Source: a virus. From it: a stretch of DNA of 64,000 bases. A program made the translations under genes and the position numbers. This document shows, in pieces, positions 36,691 to 45,905 of this stretch. Positions within the stretch are counted from its first letter, which is position 1. Each line of letters opens with the position of its first letter. Location of the stretch: positions 91,153 to 155,152 of the IMG/VR virus record IMGVR_UViG_3300020182_000010; one strand, given 5' to 3'. The notes beneath the pieces are model-generated. The model did not search any database and was not told the DNA's origin. It was given only the letters and a program-made list of their open reading frames with translations.

Positions 36691-37515
36691 TTAATTCCGT
36701 AACATGACTTTAGATATAGAGCCACTTGTTGCAGTATATGAAATTCGTATCCAATTAACATTGGCATTAACCATATATGCTTGAACGCCCGACTCATTAT
36801 TAACTATAATATTTTTATCGTAAAATAGATTAGGCGTAAGATCGAACCAATCGCTATCATTCATTGATGGCTGCGGTGAAAGATCACCTTGAATATTCAC
36901 TTTTCCTGTCATATCATCAAAATATAATGCGATAGTATGAAGTGATTTAGATTTGATAGTGTTACCACTGCCATCAAATGTAGTTGTTGTAAAAGTTGTG
37001 ATTTCTTCGCCATTAACAGTTTCAGATACAGGAAAAAATGTAGTTGTTTCTTGCGAATCTTCAAACTGTGGATAAATGTCATCGATTACTTCTATTGTAC
37101 CTTTAGCATTATCATATGTATCAGTATAGATAATTTGTTCTACGCCATTTTCTACAGTATACATTGCAAACTGATAGAAGCCTTCTGGTAGCATAATTGT
37201 ATCAGCCGTAGAGATAACAAGTGACGCCATCCCTTTGGTAGCATTTGTAATATCTAAATATTTGAATAGAACATTTTCACGACTTTCTCTATCATACATT
37301 TTCCAGATAATAGTTTTTCCACTTAAATCAATTGATTTTCTGTCTGTGTCTTTTATCTTAAATCTGAGAGTATTATCAATACCCTTGTGTAATTTATGGT
37401 GTCCATCATACATTGGCATATTCCCTAGGTAGGTTGTCGCAGCAGATGTGCCAGTTTCATCTAAGCACACTACCTCTATTTCTCTGTTATACTGCAATAC
37501 ATTAAAGTTAATCAT
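36691..37515 (-). CDS. Probable virion structural protein (Ig-like/BppU-like)
   Basis: KGIDNTLRF.IKD.DRK..DL; late promoter. Confidence 0.5.
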   Translation of the reverse strand: MINFNVLQYNREIEVVCLDETGTSAATTYLGNMPMYDGHHKLHKGIDNTLRFKIKDTDRKSIDLSGKTIIWKMYDRESRENVLFKYLDITNATKGMASLVISTADTIMLPEGFYQFAMYTVENGVEQIIYTDTYDNAKGTIEVIDDIYPQFEDSQETTTFFPVSETVNGEEITTFTTTTFDGSGNTIKSKSLHTIALYFDDMTGKVNIQGDLSPQPSMNDSDWFDLTPNLFYDKNIIVNNESGVQAYMVNANVNWIRISYTATSGSISKVMLRN

Positions 37516-37520
37516 AGATG

Positions 37521-37560
37521 TATTTATCTCCTAGGACACATAATTTTTATTACATAAATA
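37521..37560. promoter_or_regulatory. Back-to-back late promoters, each 5 nt from an ATG
   Basis: Minus strand GATAAATA-catct-ATG; plus strand CATAAATA-tagtt-ATG. Confidence 0.7.
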
Positions 37561-37565
37561 TAGTT

Positions 37566-37952
37566 ATGGATAATAAAAAAATAGAATGGATACAAGAGAA
37601 TTACCCGTTTTTCTCTTGTGTTCGTTATGGGAAAAAAGAATTTAACGAATATTTAGGTATTGTTATCAATACTGATAATATAATTACTTCTATATATAAT
37701 TGGGAATCAATACCTACGCCAGAATTGAGGAAACAATTTATAGAATTGGGAGAACAATGGTGGTGGGAATCCAATAGATTAATTCCCATCAATCTATTTT
37801 TAGGATCACAGATAAAACCCTATAGGAATTGGATTTTGAATATGAACTCAAAAGACGTACAAATTATTTGGGGACCCGAAACAAGTTTAAATAATATTGT
37901 GCAAAAAAGAATTAAACGACGGTCGATTCAACTTGTTCGCAAATTAGATTAA
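37566..37952 (+). CDS. Hypothetical phage protein
   Basis: YPFF...WWWESNRLIPINLFL; start at 37566 after the late box. Confidence 0.75.
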   Translation: MDNKKIEWIQENYPFFSCVRYGKKEFNEYLGIVINTDNIITSIYNWESIPTPELRKQFIELGEQWWWESNRLIPINLFLGSQIKPYRNWILNMNSKDVQIIWGPETSLNNIVQKRIKRRSIQLVRKLD

Positions 37953-38508
37953 GTTGTACAACAATACTTACAGCATATGCAATCGCATGTGCCTTCTTGA
38001 AATAATAACTATTGTCTGTTGGCTTTGTCCATACATTTTCTTTAATAACATCTACGCTTTCACTCAATAGATATCTTTTCGCTGGTCTGATAATTGCAAG
38101 CACTTCTGCTAATTCTATAATACTCTGTGGTTTTAATATTCGTAACACATCTATATGATTATGCACATGTGCAAGTTGTTCAACAATTTCAGAGTGTTCT
38201 AATAACTCCCAAATTGGTTCTTTGTCTGTTAATTCAGATAAATGTTCAGGATCACGCACACCATTGTATAAACTGTTATTCAAAAAATCTAATTTAAAGT
38301 ACCCACGTTCTTCTGCCTCTTTGTATTCAATACTTGCTAGATTGCTTACAGGATCATACGGTATCTCAGACACATATACGCCACTATTATGTTTCGTATA
38401 AATACCATTTTTTTTAATACTGGCAGGTATATGACTAATTAGACTGAGAATATCATTCCTGTCTAAAACGTCAATATCAATATCAGTTTGATTTTTCATT
38501 ATTTCCAC
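37912..38508 (-). CDS. Minimal DNA polymerase III alpha (DnaE)-like protein
   Basis: DIDID, KHNSGVY, GYFKLDFL, LAIIRP, FKKAHAIAYA in DnaE order. Confidence 0.8.
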   Translation of the reverse strand: MEIMKNQTDIDIDVLDRNDILSLISHIPASIKKNGIYTKHNSGVYVSEIPYDPVSNLASIEYKEAEERGYFKLDFLNNSLYNGVRDPEHLSELTDKEPIWELLEHSEIVEQLAHVHNHIDVLRILKPQSIIELAEVLAIIRPAKRYLLSESVDVIKENVWTKPTDNSYYFKKAHAIAYAVSIVVQLNLICEQVESTVV

Positions 38509-38810
38509 ACCATTATAAACATTGCTGCATCAGTGTCATCTTCAAAATATAATGAACCCATATGTGCCACATAAAAGCCATTACATGTATCATTGCACCA
38601 ATCAATTAATTCTGTAAGTGCGCCACTTCCTGGCACTAATTCACCTTCGAATTTAATATTATCTTTTGAAACTGCCGACCATTTTAAAAACTCTTTATTA
38701 TCAAAGTCACTAAAGAATTTTCTACGATTGCGGGTTTTGCCTTCAATTTTACGAAGTCGATCAAGCAACTCACGTGTTTTATGATTTCTTTTAATAAGTT
38801 GTGTCATCAA
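38499..38810 (-). CDS. Hypothetical protein
   Basis: WC...FEDDTDAAMF.MVW motif. Confidence 0.65.
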   Translation of the reverse strand: MMTQLIKRNHKTRELLDRLRKIEGKTRNRRKFFSDFDNKEFLKWSAVSKDNIKFEGELVPGSGALTELIDWCNDTCNGFYVAHMGSLYFEDDTDAAMFIMVWK

Positions 38811-39265
38811 TTTTGAGTATTCTCACTATCATCATCATAAAGTAATGCCTCAGCAGCACGATATTGGTTGTATAAATCTTTCAGTACTTCATATTTTTCA
38901 ATCATTTCGTGCTTTGGTTCTAGGATACATAGTCGCTTTTCTATTGCATCAAGCCGTCTCTCTGTTCGATCCTCGTGTGTTTCTATATTATCATGAAAAG
39001 TAAAAAGATCAAGGTCTATATTAACGGTTCCTTGACTTTGCATATTGGATGAGGATGAACTTGATGTAAAGTCTGATACATCATATGTAGTACTACCACT
39101 TGTGATTTTTATATTACTATCATCTTCGGATTGAAGGCTTAATACAAATTCATCAAAATCATCTACATCACTTTCAATTTTTGTTTCTTCTGAAATATGT
39201 TTTTTAATTTCCTTATCCCAATCAGTAATTGCTTCAATTGGATATTTTCCTTGTCCTGGTATCAT
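38807..39265 (-). CDS. Hypothetical protein
   Basis: RLDAIEKRL.IL.P; start refined to ATG 39265. Confidence 0.65.
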   Translation of the reverse strand: MIPGQGKYPIEAITDWDKEIKKHISEETKIESDVDDFDEFVLSLQSEDDSNIKITSGSTTYDVSDFTSSSSSSNMQSQGTVNIDLDLFTFHDNIETHEDRTERRLDAIEKRLCILEPKHEMIEKYEVLKDLYNQYRAAEALLYDDDSENTQN

Positions 39266-39266
39266 A

Positions 39267-39764
39267 TTATGTCTCCCATGGAAATTGCACCCAGCAGTCC
39301 TCTTCGTCAGAAAATTCATTACTCCAATAATCGGTATCTACAATTGAATTGGGACTACTGAGCAATGCGCTAAATCTAACATTATTGTGCCACACCTGCC
39401 CCCATCTTTCGTCTGATGGTAAACAACTTGCTTGCCAATCTTTCATAATCCATTCCATCGCATCTCCGCCACGATTTATATCATCTAAGATTAAGATATT
39501 CTTTGGATCTTTTTCATAACCAAATGCATCTTCTGCCATCCAACAATTACTTTCGGTATTCTCTTCTAACCCATTTGCTGCTAGTTGTACACATAATGTA
39601 TGCATTGGTATCTCAGTCATATGAGAAAGCATAACGGCAGGAACAAGACCGCCACGTGTGATTCCTATAATGTAGTCTGGACGCCAGTTATCTTTGTACA
39701 TATCCATTGCAATATCTTGTACGGCAGAGTTAATTTTTGACCAATCGTATGTGATAAGTTTCAT
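39267..39764 (-). CDS. Type I phosphoribosyltransferase
   Basis: IIGITRGGLVPA, LILDDINRGG, WVQFPWE. Confidence 0.85.
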   Translation of the reverse strand: MKLITYDWSKINSAVQDIAMDMYKDNWRPDYIIGITRGGLVPAVMLSHMTEIPMHTLCVQLAANGLEENTESNCWMAEDAFGYEKDPKNILILDDINRGGDAMEWIMKDWQASCLPSDERWGQVWHNNVRFSALLSSPNSIVDTDYWSNEFSDEEDCWVQFPWET

Positions 39765-39967
39765 GTATCTGTTTCCACTTCTACTATTTTTCGTAAACTC
39801 CATCCACCGTTATTATCTTCATTCCATTCAAGTTCAGTATTCTCATCCCATCCAAGGTGAGATAACAAATCCTCCGGTAAGTATATAAACAATTCTCCTG
39901 TTTCCGGATCCTCATATACAGTTGATGTATTGCTTAATAGTTTACTTGATGCTTTCATAGTACTCAT
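39761..39967 (-). CDS. AbrB/MazE-like DNA-binding protein
   Basis: GELFIYLPEDLLSHLGW..NTELEW. Confidence 0.65.
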   Translation of the reverse strand: MSTMKASSKLLSNTSTVYEDPETGELFIYLPEDLLSHLGWDENTELEWNEDNNGGWSLRKIVEVETDT

Positions 39968-40641
39968 AGTCCTGCCCTTTCTAATACTTCACTAACAAAT
40001 TGCACATCATCTTTTCTTACTGAAAACTTTTTGGTCCAAAATGTAGGTTCTAAATATTCATTTATTAAGTTTAATTCATGTTCATTAAAATTTGCCATTG
40101 CTTCGCTACAACTGTAGCAATTAAAAATAATCCAAGGGCTGATGCGTCCGGATTTGATCCAATGTATGAGACGCGGCTTACTAATCTCCCTAAAGAATGC
40201 ATTATACGGTCTATCATATTCCCTACTCCATTGTTGCATTAATAATATACCACGTTCAACTGCACGTTCTGCAGTTTCTTTTTTATTTAACTCACGAATA
40301 TAAGTCTCATAAACTGCATCACTACACCATTTATCTAAATGAACACTATTATTGATAACAAAATCAATAAATTTCTCTGGATCAATTGCATTAATATCTA
40401 AAATGTGCCTACCAAATTTAGTAAATGCAGTATAGTAATTAGATTTTGAAAATTCTTCGTATGATTTTTCTTTAGTTTTTATACCTTGTGTTAACTTATA
40501 AAATTGATTATATGCTATATGTCCTAGTCTAACATATTTAGCATCTTTATTTAACCAACGTCTTTTCGGTTCACAGAGATGAACTGAGAGAGTCTTTTCC
40601 TTTTTAAAGGACTTTTTACAATATTGGCATTCAAAACTCAT
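39964..40641 (-). CDS. Hypothetical protein with N-terminal Zn finger
   Basis: CQYCKKSF......VHLC; GRISPW. Confidence 0.7.
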   Translation of the reverse strand: MSFECQYCKKSFKKEKTLSVHLCEPKRRWLNKDAKYVRLGHIAYNQFYKLTQGIKTKEKSYEEFSKSNYYTAFTKFGRHILDINAIDPEKFIDFVINNSVHLDKWCSDAVYETYIRELNKKETAERAVERGILLMQQWSREYDRPYNAFFREISKPRLIHWIKSGRISPWIIFNCYSCSEAMANFNEHELNLINEYLEPTFWTKKFSVRKDDVQFVSEVLERAGL

Positions 40642-41044
40642 AAGGGCATTCTGTTTCTTCTATAGTAAAGCCACCTTCAATCCAGAACTCAGGATCATCC
40701 CCATCATCGAATCCATTATCATATAGATAATTAATACCTTCGTCATGATAATTATTTATAAAATCATTATAATCTTTTGCTTCGTACTCTTCACCAGTTT
40801 CTAAATTGTAAAAAATGAATTCATCTGTGCCACTATTCAATGCATTAACCATTGGTTCATCAAATTCTGCATATACATCAACCGTTTCTTCAGTGTGGGA
40901 AACTATACCGTCATGTCCAATATCAAAAGATCCCCATTTCCAGTTAGTATCTATTTTCAATCCGGTATTTGTCTCTTTATTAATGAAATATTGTATTTCA
41001 CTAATGCCCCACTTTTGTACGTTCTGAATATGATACCAATTCAT
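40631..41044 (-). CDS. Hypothetical acidic protein
   Basis: ORF track; overlapping neighbours. Confidence 0.65.
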   Translation of the reverse strand: MNWYHIQNVQKWGISEIQYFINKETNTGLKIDTNWKWGSFDIGHDGIVSHTEETVDVYAEFDEPMVNALNSGTDEFIFYNLETGEEYEAKDYNDFINNYHDEGINYLYDNGFDDGDDPEFWIEGGFTIEETECPYEF

Positions 41045-41523
41045 TTTTTCTTCTTTCGCTTTGTTTTACCAAAAATTTCATCTATAGATTTATCATCTAT
41101 TCCTATATTAATTGCCATACGTTTTATATCTGTGTCTGTGTTTATGTTACGATACAATTCAATTTCATCTGCCTTCATATGTGGGTATGTATCTCTAATA
41201 AACTCAGATATAGTATCCTTCTTTTTGTTAGAGTTAGGAGGCTTGATCCATTCGTGATATTGCTTCTTACCACTACCAGTTAAACACATTAGTTTCCATA
41301 TTAGTTCATCATGTTTATACAAATCTACATAATGCTTGTTGACAAACTCATTAGTTGCAAGTATTGCTTCCTCTGCGTATGCACCCTTAATACTGCTAGT
41401 ATAACGTAAAAATAGCCAACTACTCCATTGCTTCTTATCATCATCAGACAAACGTGAATACCAATCATAATCACGGCGGTCTATAGCATTAAGAATATCA
41501 TTCAATGGAAGTTTATCGGCCAT
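41041..41523 (-). CDS. Probable clamp-loader small subunit (gp62-like)
   Basis: LNAID, WLFLRY, NEFVN, HEWIK patterns; GAGGAG RBS. Confidence 0.5.
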   Translation of the reverse strand: MADKLPLNDILNAIDRRDYDWYSRLSDDDKKQWSSWLFLRYTSSIKGAYAEEAILATNEFVNKHYVDLYKHDELIWKLMCLTGSGKKQYHEWIKPPNSNKKKDTISEFIRDTYPHMKADEIELYRNINTDTDIKRMAINIGIDDKSIDEIFGKTKRKKKK

Positions 41524-41740
41524 TCTCTGCTCCTCTTGGCGGTGCGATGTATTTGCCACCATTTATGAATATAAACATACTACAAATCTTCTTAGATGTA
41601 AAGTAAAAACAGTCATTATTATCAAAATATTCTACACTCCACTCTGTTGATTGCAATGATTGTTCACACCATTTGACTGCATTTTTCGTGTCACTATAAT
41701 TAACTATTAATACACGATGTAATGTATTAAAAGAAATCAT
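41513..41740 (-). CDS. Hypothetical protein
   Basis: ORF track. Confidence 0.55.
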   Translation of the reverse strand: MISFNTLHRVLIVNYSDTKNAVKWCEQSLQSTEWSVEYFDNNDCFYFTSKKICSMFIFINGGKYIAPPRGAENGR

Positions 41741-42227
41741 AACTACTTAATACATCCGGAATGCGATTAAGGTCTTTTACAAAATAAGCACACTTGGGTT
41801 TATCACCGTATTCTAATGGGATAGCAAGAATGTGTCCATATTTTAGTTTAGGAAAAAACCATTTTACATCTGCAAATACGTTGTTAATTTTTATTGGTTG
41901 CCAATCCATTGTAAATCCGGCTAATGGATTAGTTAAAATTGTATCAAAACTACGTTCATTAATACTTGTTAATGGTACAAATTCTAAATCTCCTATATCT
42001 CTATGTCCAATTAGAATATTCCAATCAATTGGCATTTCAATTTTATGGTCACCTATTGTCATTGCTATACTAGGCGCTTCAAACGTTTCAATAAAAACTA
42101 AAGGAATGAAGTAAAAATCCGGATCTGCTTTATCTGTTACATCCATTACACAATATCGAATATCTTCTATTTCCTCGGGCAGACTGTTCATTTCAAAACA
42201 GCGATTTTCTGGTGTTAATATTTTCAT
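41727..42227 (-). CDS. Hypothetical protein downstream of uvsW
   Basis: TAATG-coupled to uvsW. Confidence 0.75.
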   Translation of the reverse strand: MKILTPENRCFEMNSLPEEIEDIRYCVMDVTDKADPDFYFIPLVFIETFEAPSIAMTIGDHKIEMPIDWNILIGHRDIGDLEFVPLTSINERSFDTILTNPLAGFTMDWQPIKINNVFADVKWFFPKLKYGHILAIPLEYGDKPKCAYFVKDLNRIPDVLSSYDFF

Positions 42228-43672
42228 TAGTATTTTACCTTTTCTATGCTGAATGGATATTCGGCATCTTTATAGAATTTCTTTCTTTCGGTTAAATGTC
42301 TTTTTGAGAATCTACATCGACTGGTGACATCCCAGATTTGAACAAAATCTTTATCTTTTGCCACACGGACACCACGACCGATAGACTGAATAACCCGCAC
42401 AAAAGACTTGCCAGGCTCCAAAAGAACCATGTTGAATATGCGAGGGATGTTAATACCAACGGCGGCAACACCGTAAGTAGCAATAGTGATTGAATTGGTA
42501 CCTTCATTTATTTCCTTATATGCTGTTTTCCTATCATCAGATTTCATAGAACCTTGTACAAAATCTGCTTCTGGAATTAGCTCCTGTAATGCTTGTCCTG
42601 AATTAATACGCCCAGTTAAAACTAGGGTATTTCCTGTTTGTGATATTTCTTTAATTAAGTTGGCTAAATATTCTTGTCGTTTTTTATCCTCTAACAAAAA
42701 TTTAAGTTCACTTTGATAATCAGTATATGACTGTGTTTCTTGTGTTTGAACAACATTTACATGACAATTGGATAATACACCAATATCTTGTAAATCTTTG
42801 GCCGCTAGTCGATTTACGATATCTCCCAGACTGGCACGTATGGTAGCAAACTCATGATCGGACTTGGGAATAGTCCCTGTTAATCCCCAACGCAACGGAA
42901 CACGTGAAAATACACTTGTTAACAAATCTTTTAGTACATCAGCCTTTGCTTGATGTACTTCGTCTACTATTACGCAACATACATCTTCAATAAAGTCCAT
43001 GATGTTGTCTTCGCCTTTTTTAGTTTTCTTTAGCAAGGAATTGAGGGATTGCCATGTACAGATGGTGTGGGTTTTTCCAATATCTTTCCTATCACCGAAG
43101 TAAACACCAGCATCTAACCCACAGTTTAGATAGTCTTCTTCGGTCTGCCGTACCAAGTCCTTATTTGGTACAATAACAATTGAACGCCCATACTTTTCTA
43201 CTAATTTAGACATAGTGGCAGTCATAATAGTTTTACCGGCACCTGTAGCAATCTCTTGTAGAGCCTGTGGTGCTTCTAAAAACTTATTAACAACGGCAAC
43301 CTGATAATCACGAAGGCGAATAGGTTCACCTTCCGCTGGATGTCCTTCAGGCCAACATGTATCACCCCAAAATTCATCATCAATTGTATCAAATTCTAGT
43401 TCAATATGTTCACGCCTATCATCAATGTCAATCTCATATCCAGAACTCATAATTATAGGTAAAAGATCATCTAATAAATTTAGATAAGTTCTGCCACCTA
43501 CATCACAAAATCTAACCGTTCCGTCCCATCGTCCCAATTTATAAGCAGGCATATGGTATGCATGTGGCAATAAAAACTTTAACTTATCACTACACTTACG
43601 GCGTGTTGCAGGATCAAGTCCTTCTAACTTTACGTTTACTTCGTCTTTTATTAAGATTGTACATTTTTTCAT
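42227..43672 (-). CDS. uvsW: SF2 DNA helicase UvsW
   Basis: LRDYQ, ATGAGKT, VDEVH, GLTGT, QSIGRGVR. Confidence 0.92.
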   Translation of the reverse strand: MKKCTILIKDEVNVKLEGLDPATRRKCSDKLKFLLPHAYHMPAYKLGRWDGTVRFCDVGGRTYLNLLDDLLPIIMSSGYEIDIDDRREHIELEFDTIDDEFWGDTCWPEGHPAEGEPIRLRDYQVAVVNKFLEAPQALQEIATGAGKTIMTATMSKLVEKYGRSIVIVPNKDLVRQTEEDYLNCGLDAGVYFGDRKDIGKTHTICTWQSLNSLLKKTKKGEDNIMDFIEDVCCVIVDEVHQAKADVLKDLLTSVFSRVPLRWGLTGTIPKSDHEFATIRASLGDIVNRLAAKDLQDIGVLSNCHVNVVQTQETQSYTDYQSELKFLLEDKKRQEYLANLIKEISQTGNTLVLTGRINSGQALQELIPEADFVQGSMKSDDRKTAYKEINEGTNSITIATYGVAAVGINIPRIFNMVLLEPGKSFVRVIQSIGRGVRVAKDKDFVQIWDVTSRCRFSKRHLTERKKFYKDAEYPFSIEKVKY

Positions 43673-43678
43673 AATAAT

Positions 43679-43708
43679 ATAATAACACTTTTATCGGTTC
43701 AAGTCAAG
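43679..43708 (-). promoter_or_regulatory. sigma70 promoter, leaderless configuration
   Basis: TTGACT-17-TATTAT-6nt-ATG. Confidence 0.7.
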
Positions 43709-43756
43709 AAAAAACAGACATCCATTAGATGCCTGCTTTTGAAATTTTAATATAGA

Positions 43757-44731
43757 CTACACCCGTTTCATACATGTAGTTTCTGCTAATCGCTTCCAAC
43801 GTGCAGGACTTAACTTACACAAGTCAGCCAACTTCTGAGCCATGCGAAGTGAAATTTCACGCATTTTTGCTTGATTATCTTCCAGGAATGTTACAATATC
43901 AACTTCCTGTTCTTTAGTCAAACCTTTCTGATCGAACAACCCACCATCACGTGCAATCTGTTTTATGCGCAAGATTTTTTCGCGTGTTGTATCCATAGTC
44001 AAATCAAGATAGTGACAGCGTGACATAATAGCCCCGAGGTGATCTTTGATTTTTGTTGAACGTACATTGTCGAATTTCAAGTTAGTGATAAAGATTACAG
44101 AACCTTTGAACTCAAAACGATCAGGAACACCTTCACGGCGCAAGAAATGCGAGTCTGAATTCCAAGAGATATAACGTTTCTTGCCACTATCAAGTGCAGC
44201 TTTAAGAATGTTTAGTGCATTCTCGTCAAACAAGATGCTATCACAGTCATCCAAAACAACGATGTTCTTTGCATCTGAATACTTGTAAAGCATTGCATAC
44301 AAACCAATCGGTGACATTGTGCCTTTGACAAATGTGTGACGAAGCGGATTGTCTGCCATTAAATCAAACAGTGAATCTTTCTCAAGTATTTGCTCAACAC
44401 CATATGTTTTGCCAATACCAGGAGGTCCAGATACCACCATACCACGCACGATACCATCACATGTTGCTACAGTCATTTCATCTAATATAGCAAAACGTTC
44501 CGCAATGCGATCCATAACCTCAACATCAGTCTCACGATGAAATGATACAACCTCAACGTTTTCAGGCTGTACTTTTACTCGCATTTTTGAACGTTTAAAT
44601 TCTGTTTCACTTGCATCAACTGTTATGAAATTTGTACCATTTTTTGCTTGTTTCATTTCAGAAACTACAGGAAAAATACCTGTTACTTCTTCATTGCGAT
44701 AAAATCCGTTTGTTATTTGAACTACTGACAT
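43757..44731 (-). CDS. AAA+ ATPase
   Basis: GPPGIGKT, VVLDDCD, IFITN, SR. Confidence 0.85.
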   Translation of the reverse strand: MSVVQITNGFYRNEEVTGIFPVVSEMKQAKNGTNFITVDASETEFKRSKMRVKVQPENVEVVSFHRETDVEVMDRIAERFAILDEMTVATCDGIVRGMVVSGPPGIGKTYGVEQILEKDSLFDLMADNPLRHTFVKGTMSPIGLYAMLYKYSDAKNIVVLDDCDSILFDENALNILKAALDSGKKRYISWNSDSHFLRREGVPDRFEFKGSVIFITNLKFDNVRSTKIKDHLGAIMSRCHYLDLTMDTTREKILRIKQIARDGGLFDQKGLTKEQEVDIVTFLEDNQAKMREISLRMAQKLADLCKLSPARWKRLAETTCMKRV

Positions 44732-44761
44732 TTACGTTTCCTCTTTGTGATTACTAACTTA

Positions 44762-44791
44762 GTTATAAACTGATTCTCTTATAATGTCAAG
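44762..44791 (-). promoter_or_regulatory. sigma70 promoter with GANTC in spacer
   Basis: TTGACA ttataagaGAATCagtt TATAAC. Confidence 0.75.
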
Positions 44792-44798
44792 TATCTAT

Positions 44799-45050
44799 TT
44801 ACCGATGCCTCCAAGGTTCAGCCAAATCTGCTAAGTGCCGTTGGTAATTATTATAGGAAATTGTATAATCTTGCCAAGAACTATATGTATATGTTTCAGG
44901 ACCAACTTTATTATTCCGTGATTCTGCAGATGCACGTGCCATTTTTTCACCATATGGATACCAATCGACCAATTCTTTAGTATCAGATGTGTACACAACA
45001 AAAATAGGATAACCCTTTTTGACTTCAGTTTTTAGTTTTTCAATATTCAT
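44799..45050 (-). CDS. Hypothetical protein
   Basis: ORF track. Confidence 0.65.
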   Translation of the reverse strand: MNIEKLKTEVKKGYPIFVVYTSDTKELVDWYPYGEKMARASAESRNNKVGPETYTYSSWQDYTISYNNYQRHLADLAEPWRHR

Positions 45051-45052
45051 TA

Positions 45053-45223
45053 TTAAACCCTAGACAATTCAAAATAACAATCGGCAACAAGTTGTATAGC
45101 ATTATCACCATATCGTTCTCTTACTTTATCATATACGGTCTCTACATCTTTACCAGAATTGATTAACTGCTGTGCAAAATTTTGCACTTCCATTCGGAAA
45201 CTTTTAGTGATTGGAGTATTCAT
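45053..45223 (-). CDS. Small hypothetical protein (56 aa, not in track)
   Basis: MNTPITKSFRMEVQNFAQQLINSG...; TAATG-coupled. Confidence 0.6.
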   Translation of the reverse strand: MNTPITKSFRMEVQNFAQQLINSGKDVETVYDKVRERYGDNAIQLVADCYFELSRV

Positions 45224-45621
45224 TATGCTGCTTCTTTCATTTCACTACGATAGTTGTATGGTTTATCCCATTTACCACAGTTTATATCAATGTAAAAGTC
45301 GTGGTCAAAATAATCAATTTGTGAATTGCTGTTGTTGTAGTAACCAGTTGATTTGATTGCTACAAGCAAATCGCCATAGAAACGTTTAATTATCGGATCG
45401 TTAGCATTTTCCTCACACCAGTAGTGGTTAACTTGCAGATTATCACCAGAGATACCTGCATCACCCAGTAGGTCAAGCGGTCCGCCCCAAAGATTGACAA
45501 CCAATGAACTATGATTATCAACGCCAACAGTTACTTCTCTACCAGTAAATCCATATGATTTACACACTATTTTAACATTTTTTGCAATTACTTTTTTGCG
45601 GTCCTGAGAAATATAAGCCAT
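45223..45621 (-). CDS. Hypothetical early protein
   Basis: MAYISQ...SQIDYFD...GKWDKPY; AAGGA RBS. Confidence 0.75.
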   Translation of the reverse strand: MAYISQDRKKVIAKNVKIVCKSYGFTGREVTVGVDNHSSLVVNLWGGPLDLLGDAGISGDNLQVNHYWCEENANDPIIKRFYGDLLVAIKSTGYYNNSNSQIDYFDHDFYIDINCGKWDKPYNYRSEMKEAA

Positions 45622-45652
45622 ATTGTTAGTCCTTTTCACTGATTACTATTAT

Positions 45653-45682
45653 AATATAAAGTGATTCGCTATATTTGTCAAC
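45653..45682 (-). promoter_or_regulatory. sigma70 promoter with GANTC in spacer
   Basis: TTGACA aatatagcGAATCactt TATATT. Confidence 0.8.
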
Positions 45683-45816
45683 CTTTTTATGACAGGATAA
45701 CGCAAAAAATACCAATAATAGTTGTAACGGTCATAATTTCAGAAGTTAAAGTTACCATTCCATTTTTAAGTACATTCAACATTTTTAAAGCCCTCATTGT
45801 TGCTATCTATACATAC

Positions 45817-45846
45817 TTTATATAATGATTCGTTTAAGATGTCAAG
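45817..45846 (-). promoter_or_regulatory. sigma70 promoter with GANTC in spacer
   Basis: TTGACA tcttaaacGAATCatta TATAAA; preceded by terminator 45847-45876. Confidence 0.8.
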
Positions 45847-45905
45847 AAAAAAGCGCAACAAAAAATGCTGCGCTTTCAATAATCTATAAAATAGTTTACA
45901 GTAAG

